Source: Auanema rhodensis
Lineage: Eukaryota > Animalia > Nematoda
NCBI GenBank assembly: GCA_964057225.1
Contig: OZ059896.1
Span: 372,001-436,000, forward strand
Length of the DNA stretch: 64,000 nt
Direction of reading: 5' to 3'
Shown: piece after piece, positions 56,301 through 64,000 of the stretch
Layout: each line of letters opens with the position of its first letter
Position numbering within the stretch: position 1 is the first letter of the stretch
Program-made: the position numbers and the translations under genes
Notes under the pieces: model-generated
Told to the model about the DNA's origin: nothing
The model's input: the letters and a program-made list of their open reading frames with translations, nothing else
Database searches by the model: none

Positions 56301-59300
56301 GAACTAATATCAATAAAAATTTGTTTTTAGACTAATATGGACATGGGGAATCTAATTTTGAAAACCGCATCTCTTTATCTTTCACGTGAAGCGAGTTACA
56401 TACCAAGTGCACATCACGTGTACATTTAATTAGCATTAATTAAAGTTCACGTAAATTTCAAAGTCATGGTTACCATGAACCAATATCAATAAAAATTTGT
56501 TTTTAGACTAATATGGACATGGGGAATCTAATTTTGAAAACCGCATCTCTTTATCTTTCACGTGAAGCGAGTTACATACCAAGTGCACATCACGTGTACA
56601 TTTAATTAGCATAAATTAAAGTTCACGTAAATTTCAAAGTCATGGTTACCATGAACCAATATCAATAAAAATTTGTTTTTAGACTACTATGGACATGGGG
56701 AATCTAATTTTGAAAACCGCATCTCTTTATCTTTCACGTGAAGCGAGTTACATACCAAGTGCACATCACGTGTACATTTAATTAGCATAAATTAAAGTTC
56801 ACGTAAATTTCAAAGTCATGGTTACCATGAAGCAATACCAATAAAAATTTGTTTTTAGACTAATATGGACATGGGGAATCTAATTTTGAAAACCGCATCT
56901 CTTTATCTTTCACGTGAAGCGAGTTACATACCAAGTGCACATCACGTGTACATTTAATTAGCATAAATTAAAGTTCACGTAAAATTCAAAGTCATGGTTA
57001 CCATGAACCAATATCAATAAAATTTGTTTTTAGACTAATATGGACATGGGGAATCTAATTTTGAAAACCGCATCTCTTTATCTTTCACGTGAAGCGAGTT
57101 ACATACCAAGTGCACATCACGTGTACATTTAATTAGCATTAATTAAAGTTCACGTAAATTTCAAAGTCATGGTTACCATGAACCAATATCAATAAAAATT
57201 TGTTTTTAGACTAATATGGACATGGGGAATCTAATTTTGAAAACCGCATTTCTTTATCTTTCACGTGAAGCGAGTTACATACCAAGTGCACATCACGTGT
57301 ACATTTAATTAGCATAAATTAAAGTTCACGTAAAATTCAAAGTCATGGTTACCATGAACCAATATCAATAAAAATTTGTTTTTAGACTACTATGGACATG
57401 GGGAATCTAATTTTGAAAACCGCATCTCTTTATCTTTCACGTGAAGCGAGTTACATACCAAGTGCACATCACGTGTACATTTAATTAGCATAAATTAAAG
57501 TTCACGTATATTTCAAAGTCTTGGTTACCATGAACCAATATCAATAAAAATTTGTTTTTAGACTACTATGGACATGGGGAATCTAATTTTGAAAACCGCA
57601 TCTCTTTATCTTTCACGTGAAGCGAGTTACATACCAAGTGCACATCACGTGTACATTTAATTAGCATAAATTAAAGTTCACGTATATTTCAAAGTCTTGG
57701 TTACCATGAACTAATATCAATAAAAATTTGTTTTTAGACTAATATGGACATGAGGAATCTAATTTTGAAAACCGCATCTCTTCATCTTTCACGTGAAGCG
57801 AGTTACATACCAAGTGCACATCACGTGTACATTTAATTAGCATAAATTAAAGTTCACGTAAATTTCAAAGTCATGGTTACCATGCACCAATATCAATAAA
57901 AATTTGTTTTTAGACTAATATAGACATGGGGAATCTAATTTTGAAAACCGCATCTCTTTATCTTTCACGTGAAGCGAGTTACATACCAAGTGCACATCAC
58001 GTGTACATTTAATTAGCATAAATTAAAGTTCACGTAAATTTCAAAGTCATGGTTACCATGAAGCAATACCAATAAAAATTTGTTTTTAGACTAATATGGA
58101 CATGGGGAATCTAATTTTGAAAACCGCATCTCTTTATCTTTCACGTGAAGCGAGTTACATACCAAGTGCACAACACGTGTACATTTAATTAGCATAAATT
58201 AAAGTTCACGTAAATTTCAAAGTCATGGTTACCATGAACCAATATCAATAAAAATTTGTTTTTAGACTAATATGGACATGGGGAATCTAATTTTGAAAAC
58301 CGCATCTCTTTATCTTTCACGTGAAGCGAGTTACATACCAAGTGCACATCACGTGTACATTTAATTAGCATAAATTAAAGTTCACGTAAATTTCAAAGTC
58401 ATGGTTACCATGAAGCAATATCAATAAAAATTTGTTTTTAGACTAATATGGACATGGGGAATCTAATTTTGAAAACCGCATCTCTTTATCTTTCACGTGA
58501 AGCGAGTTACATACCAAGTGCACATCACGTGTACATTTAATTAGCATTAATTAAAGTTCACGTAAATTTCAAAGTCATGGTTACCATGAACCAATATCAA
58601 TAAAAATTTGTTTTTAGACTAATATGGACATGGGGAATCTAATTTTGAAAACCGCATCTCTTTATCTTTCACGTGAAGCGAGTTACATACCAAGTGCACA
58701 TCACGTGTACATTTAATTAGCATAAATTAAAGTTCACGTAAATTTCAAAGTCATGGTTACCATGAACCAATATCAATAAAAATTTGTTTTTAGACTAATA
58801 TGGACATGGGGAATCTAATTTTGAAAACCGCATCTCTTCATCTTTCACGTGAAGCGAGTTACATACCAAGTGCACATCACGTGTACATTTAATTAGCATA
58901 AATTAAAGTTCACGTAAATTTCAAAGTCATGGTTACCATGAACCAATATCAATAAAAATTTGTTTTTAGACTAATATGGACATGGGGAATCTAATTTTGA
59001 AAACCGCATCTCTTTATCTTTCACGTGAAGCGAGTTACATACCAAGTGCACATCACGTGTACATTTAATTAGCATAAATTAAAGTTCACGTAAATTTCAA
59101 AGTCATGGTTACCATGAACCAATATCAATAAAAATTTGTTTTTAGACTAATATGGACATGAGGAATCTAATTTTGAAAACCGCATCTCTTCATCTTTCAC
59201 GTGAAGCGAGTTACATACCAAGTGCACATCACGTGTACATTTAATTAGCATAAATTAAAGTTCACGTAAATTTCAAAGTCATGGTTACCATTCACCAATA

Positions 59301-61949
59301 TCAATAAAAATTTGTTTTTAGACTAATATGGACATGGGGAATCTAATTTTGAAAACCGCATCTCTTTATCTTTCACGTGAAGCGAGTTACATACCAAGTG
59401 CACATCACGTGTACATTTAATTAGCATTAATTAAAGTTCACGTAAATTTCAAAGTCATGGTTACCATGAACCAATATCAATAAAAATTTGTTTTTAGACT
59501 AATATGGACATGGGGAATCTAATTTTGAAAACCGCATTTCTTTATCTTTCACGTGAAGCGAGTTACATACCAAGTGCACATCACGTGTACATTTAATTAG
59601 CATAAATTAAAGTTCACGTAAATTTCAAAGTCATGGTTACCATGAACGAATATCAATAAAAATTTGTTTTTAGACTAATATGGACATGGGGAATCTAATT
59701 TTGAAAACCGCATCTCTTCATCTTTCACGTGAAGCGAGTTACATACCAAGTGCACATCACGTGTACATTTAATTAGCATAAATTAAAGTTCACGTAAATT
59801 TCAAAGTCATGGTTACCATGCACAAATATCAATAAAAATTTGTTTTTAGACTAATATGGACATGGGGAATCTAATTTTGAAAACCGCATCTCTTTATCTT
59901 TCACGTGAAGCGAGTTACATACCAAGTGCACATCACGTGTACATTTAATTAGCATAAATTAAAGTTCACGTAAATTTCAAAGTCATGGTTACCATGCACC
60001 AATATCAATAAAAATTTGTTTTTAGACTAATATGGACATGGGGAATCTAATTTTGAAAACCGCATCTCTTTATCTTTCACGTGAAGCGAGTTACATACCA
60101 AGTGCACATCACGTGTACATTTAATTAGCATAAATTAAAGTTCACGTAAAATTCAAAGTCATGGTTACCATGAACCAATATCAATAAAAATTTGTTTTTA
60201 GACTAATATGGACATGGGGAATCTAATTTTGAAAACCGCATCTCTTTATCTTTCACGTGAAGCGAGTTACATACCAAGTGCACATCACGTGTACATTTAA
60301 TTAGCATAAATTAAAGTTCACGTAAATTTCAAAGTCATGGTTACCATGCACCAATATCAATAAAAATTTGTTTTTAGACTAATATGCACATGGGGAATCT
60401 AATTTTGAAAACCGCATCTCTTTATCTTTCACGTGAAGCGAGTTACATACCAAGTGCACATCACGTGTACATTTAATTAGCATAAATTAAAGTTCACGTA
60501 AATTTCAAAGTCATGGTTACCATGCACCAATATCAATAAAAATTTGTTTTTAGACTAATATGGACATGGGGAATCTAATTTTGAAAACCGCATCTCTTTA
60601 TCTTTCACGTGAAGCGAGTTACATACCAAGTGCACATCACGTGTACATTTAATTAGCATAAATTAAAGTTCACGTAAATTTCAAAGTCATGGTTACCATG
60701 AACCAATATCAATAAAAATTTGTTTTTAGACTAATATGGACATGGGGAATCTAATTTTGAAAACCGCATCTCTTTATCTTTCACGTGAAGCGAGTTACAT
60801 ACCAAGTGCACACCACGTGTACATTTAATTAGCATAAATTAAAGTTCACGTAAATTTCAAAGTCATGGTTACCATGAACCAATATCAATAAAAATTTGTT
60901 TTTAGACTAATATGGACATGGGGAATCTAATTTTGAAAACCGCATCTCTTTATCTTTCACGTGAAGCGAGTTACATACCAAGTGCACATCACGTGTACAT
61001 TTAATTAGCATAAATTAAAGTTCACGTAAATTTCAAAGTCATGGTTACCATGAACCAATATCAATAAAAATTTGTTTTTAGACTAATATGGACATGAGGA
61101 ATCTAATTTTGAAAACCGCATCTCTTCATCTTTCACGTGAAGCGAGTTACATACCAAGTGCACATCACGTGTACATTTAATTAGCATAAATTAAAGTTCA
61201 CGTAAATTTCAAAGTCATGGTTACCATGCACCAATATCAATAAAAATTTGTTTTTAGACTAATATAGACATGGGGAATCTAATTTTGAAAACCGCATCTC
61301 TTTATCTTTCACGTGAAGCGAGTTACATACCAAGTGTACATCACGTGTACATTTAATTAGCATAAATTAAAGTTCACGTAAATTTCAAAGTCATGGTTAC
61401 CATGAAGCAATACCAATAAAAATTTGTTTTTAGACTAATATGGACATGGGGAATCTAATTTTGAAAACCGCATCTCTTTATCTTTCACGTGAAGCGAGTT
61501 ACATACCAAGTGCACATCACGTGTACATTTAATTAGCATAAATTAAAGTTCACGTAAAATTCAAAGTCATGGTTACCATGAACCAATATCAATAAAATTT
61601 GTTTTTAGACTAATATGGACATGGGGAATCTAATTTTGAAAACCGCATCTCTTTATCTTTCACGTGAAGCGAGTTACATACCAAGTGCACATCACGTGTA
61701 CATTTAATTAGCATTAATTAAAGTTCACGTAAATTTCAAAGTCATGGTTACCATGAACCAATATCAATAAAAATTTGTTTTTAGACTAATATGGACATGG
61801 GGAATCTAATTTTGAAAACCGCATTTCTTTATCTTTCACGTGAAGCGAGTTACATACCAAGTGCACATCACGTGTACATTTAATTAGCATAAATTAAAGT
61901 TCACGTAAATTTCAAAGTCATGGTTACCATGAACGAATATCAATAAAAA
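53330..61949 (+). repeat. Recurrent 5-6 monomer cassette containing a 175-bp monomer: 53330-54384, 55265-56319, 56672-57550 (partial), 61071-61949
   Basis: The order is G27A+T57C, G20A+aagc+T167C, T137A+1-bp deletion, A118T, C52T. The shortened A-runs are at 53853-53856, 55788-55791, 57019-57022 and 61594-61597. Confidence 0.88.
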
Positions 61950-64000
61950 TTTGTTTTTAGACTAATATGGACATGGGGAATCTAATTTTGAAAACCGCAT
62001 CTCTTCATCTTTCACGTGAAGCGAGTTACATACCAAGTGCACATCACGTGTACATTTAATTAGCATAAATTAAAGTTCACGTAAATTTCAAAGTCATGGT
62101 TACCATGCACAAATATCAATAAAAATTTGTTTTTAGACTAATATGGACATGGGGAATCTAATTTTGAAAACCGCATCTCTTTATCTTTCACGTGAAGCGA
62201 GTTACATACCAAGTGCACATCACGTGTACATTTAATTAGCATAAATTAAAGTTCACGTAAATTTCAAAGTCATGGTTACCATGCACCAATATCAATAAAA
62301 ATTTGTTTTTAGACTAATATGGACATGGGGAATCTAATTTTGAAAACCGCATCTCTTTATCTTTCACGTGGAGCGAGTTACATACCAAGTGCACATCACG
62401 TGTACATTTAATTAGCATAAATTAAAGTTCACGTAAATTTCAAAGTCATGGTTACCATGAAGCAATATCAATAAAAATTTGTTTTTAGACTAATATGGAC
62501 ATGGGGAATCTAATTTTGAAAACCGCATCTCTTTATCTTTCACGTGAAGCGAGTTACATACCAAGTGCACATCACGTGTACATTTAATTAGCATAAATTA
62601 AAGTTCACGTAAATTTCAAAGTCATGGTTACCATGAAGCAATATCAATAAAAATTTGTTTTTAGACTAATATGGACATGGGGAATCTAATTTTGAAAACC
62701 GCATCTCTTTATCTTTCACGTGAAGCGAGTTACATACCAAGTGCACATCACGTGTACATTTAATTAGCATAAATTAAAGTTCACGTAAATTTCAAAGTCA
62801 TGGTTACCATGAACCAATATCAATAAAAATTTGTTTTTAGACTAATATGGACATGGGGAATCTAATTTTGAAAACCGCATTTCTTTATTTTTCACGTGAA
62901 GCGAGTTACATACCAAGTGCACATCACGTGTACATTTAATTAGCATAAATTAAAGTTCACGTAAAATTCAAAGTCATGGTTACCATGAACCAATATCAAT
63001 AAAAATTTGTTTTTAGACTAATATGGACATGGGGAATCTAATTTTGAAAACCGCATCTCTTTATCTTTCACGTGAAGCGAGTTACATACCAAGTGCACAT
63101 CACGTGTACATTTAATTAGCATAAATTAAAGTTCACGTAAATTTCAAAGTCATGGTTACCATGCACCAATATCAATAAAAATTTGTTTTTAGACTAATAT
63201 GCACATGGGGAATCTAATTTTGAAAACCGCATCTCTTTATCTTTCACGTGAAGCGAGTTACATACCAAGTGCACATCACGTGTACATTTAATTAGCATAA
63301 ATTAAAGTTCACGTAAATTTCAAAGTCATGGTTACCATGAACCAATATCAATAAAAATTTGTTTTTAGACTAATATGGACATGGGGAATCTAATTTTGAA
63401 AACCGCATCTCTTTATCTTTCACGTGAAGCGAGTTACATACCAAGTGCACATCACGTGTACATTTAATTAGCATAAATTAAAGTTCACGTAAATTTCAAA
63501 GTCATGGTTACCATGAACCAATATCAATAAAAATTTGTTTTTAGACTAATATGGACATGGGGAATCTAATTTTGAAAACCGCATCTCTTTATCTTTCACG
63601 TGAAGCGAGTTACATACCAAGTGCACATCACGTGTACATTTAATTAGCATAAATTAAAGTTCACGTAAATTTCAAAGTCATGGTTACCATGAACCAATAT
63701 CAATAAAAATTTGTTTTTAGACTAATATGGACATGAGGAATCTAATTTTGAAAACCGCATCTCTTCATCTTTCACGTGAAGCGAGTTACATACCAAGTGC
63801 ACATCACGTGTACATTTAATTAGCATAAATTAAAGTTCACGTAAATTTCAAAGTCATGGTTACCATTCACCAATATCGATAAAAATTTGTTTTTAGACTA
63901 ATATGGACATGGGGAATCTAATTTTGAAAACCGCATCTCTTTATCTTTCACGTGAAGCGAGTTACATACCAAGTGCACATCACGTGTACATTTAATTAGC

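Larger units (their letters stand above)
1..64000 (+). repeat. 176-bp tandem satellite array, ~363.65 monomers, head-to-tail, probably centromeric/pericentromeric; continues beyond both window edges
   Basis: The unit start tttgtttttagact recurs at 1, 177, 353, ... 881, 2641 (period 176). 363x176 +1 insertion -4 deletions = 63885, and the last partial unit starts at 63886. GC is 56/176 (~32%). The repeat itself is certain; the centromeric role is inferred from size and homogeneity only. Confidence 0.99.
37137..64000 (+). repeat. Variant domain B of the satellite (n212-364)
   Basis: T57C, T133G, A118T, G27A, G158T, A16C, G20A, T167C, G74A and all indels occur only here. aacc dominates, and g-cacc is ~15% by hand count. 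Confidence 0.85.

Noticed and set aside
1-64000. CRISPR-like array (palindromic repeats with a variable segment)
   Set aside because: There are no unique spacers: the variable part is only ~5 bp with a few recurring states. The unit is 176 bp and no cas genes are present.
1-64000. A fixed higher-order repeat, or a coded message in the aacc/cacc/aagc order
   Set aside because: Observed offsets (1, 2, 3, 6, 7, 11, 13, 14, 20, 25, 30, 44, 68, 115 monomers) are irregular and are explained by nested duplications. The 2,640-bp visual recurrence is only the common multiple of 176 and the 60-base line width.

Overview
The whole 64,000-bp window is one uninterrupted head-to-tail array of a 176-bp, ~32% GC satellite: 363 complete monomers plus 115 bp of a 364th, all in one orientation. 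I found no genes, RNA genes, transposon insertions, inversions or unique sequence. Monomer 1 (1-176) is tttgtttttagactaatatggacatggggaatctaattttgaaaaccgcatctctttatctttcacgtgaagcgagttacataccaagtgcacatcacgtgtacatttaattagcataaattaaagttcacgtaaatttcaaagtcatggttaccatg[aacc/cacc/aagc]aatatcaataaaaa. Monomers usually differ by 0-4 substitutions. Size and homogeneity suggest a eukaryotic centromeric or pericentromeric satellite, but I cannot assign organism or family. I typed every monomer by eye (n = monomer number; variants given as monomer position, e.g. C146T), so isolated misses are possible. The main structure is: (i) a ~10.1-kb apparently identical duplication offset by 68 monomers; (ii) a sharp switch between two variant domains at ~37.2 kb, exactly where the second copy ends; (iii) nested, irregular block duplications of 1-30 monomers with no fixed higher-order repeat; (iv) a palindrome-dense monomer with a low-variation core carrying two CACGTG boxes; (v) a hypervariable 5-bp site beside a 13-15 bp palindrome. 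No protein-coding system is supported. The best candidate for new biology is the E-box/dyad-rich satellite itself, and that remains a hypothesis.
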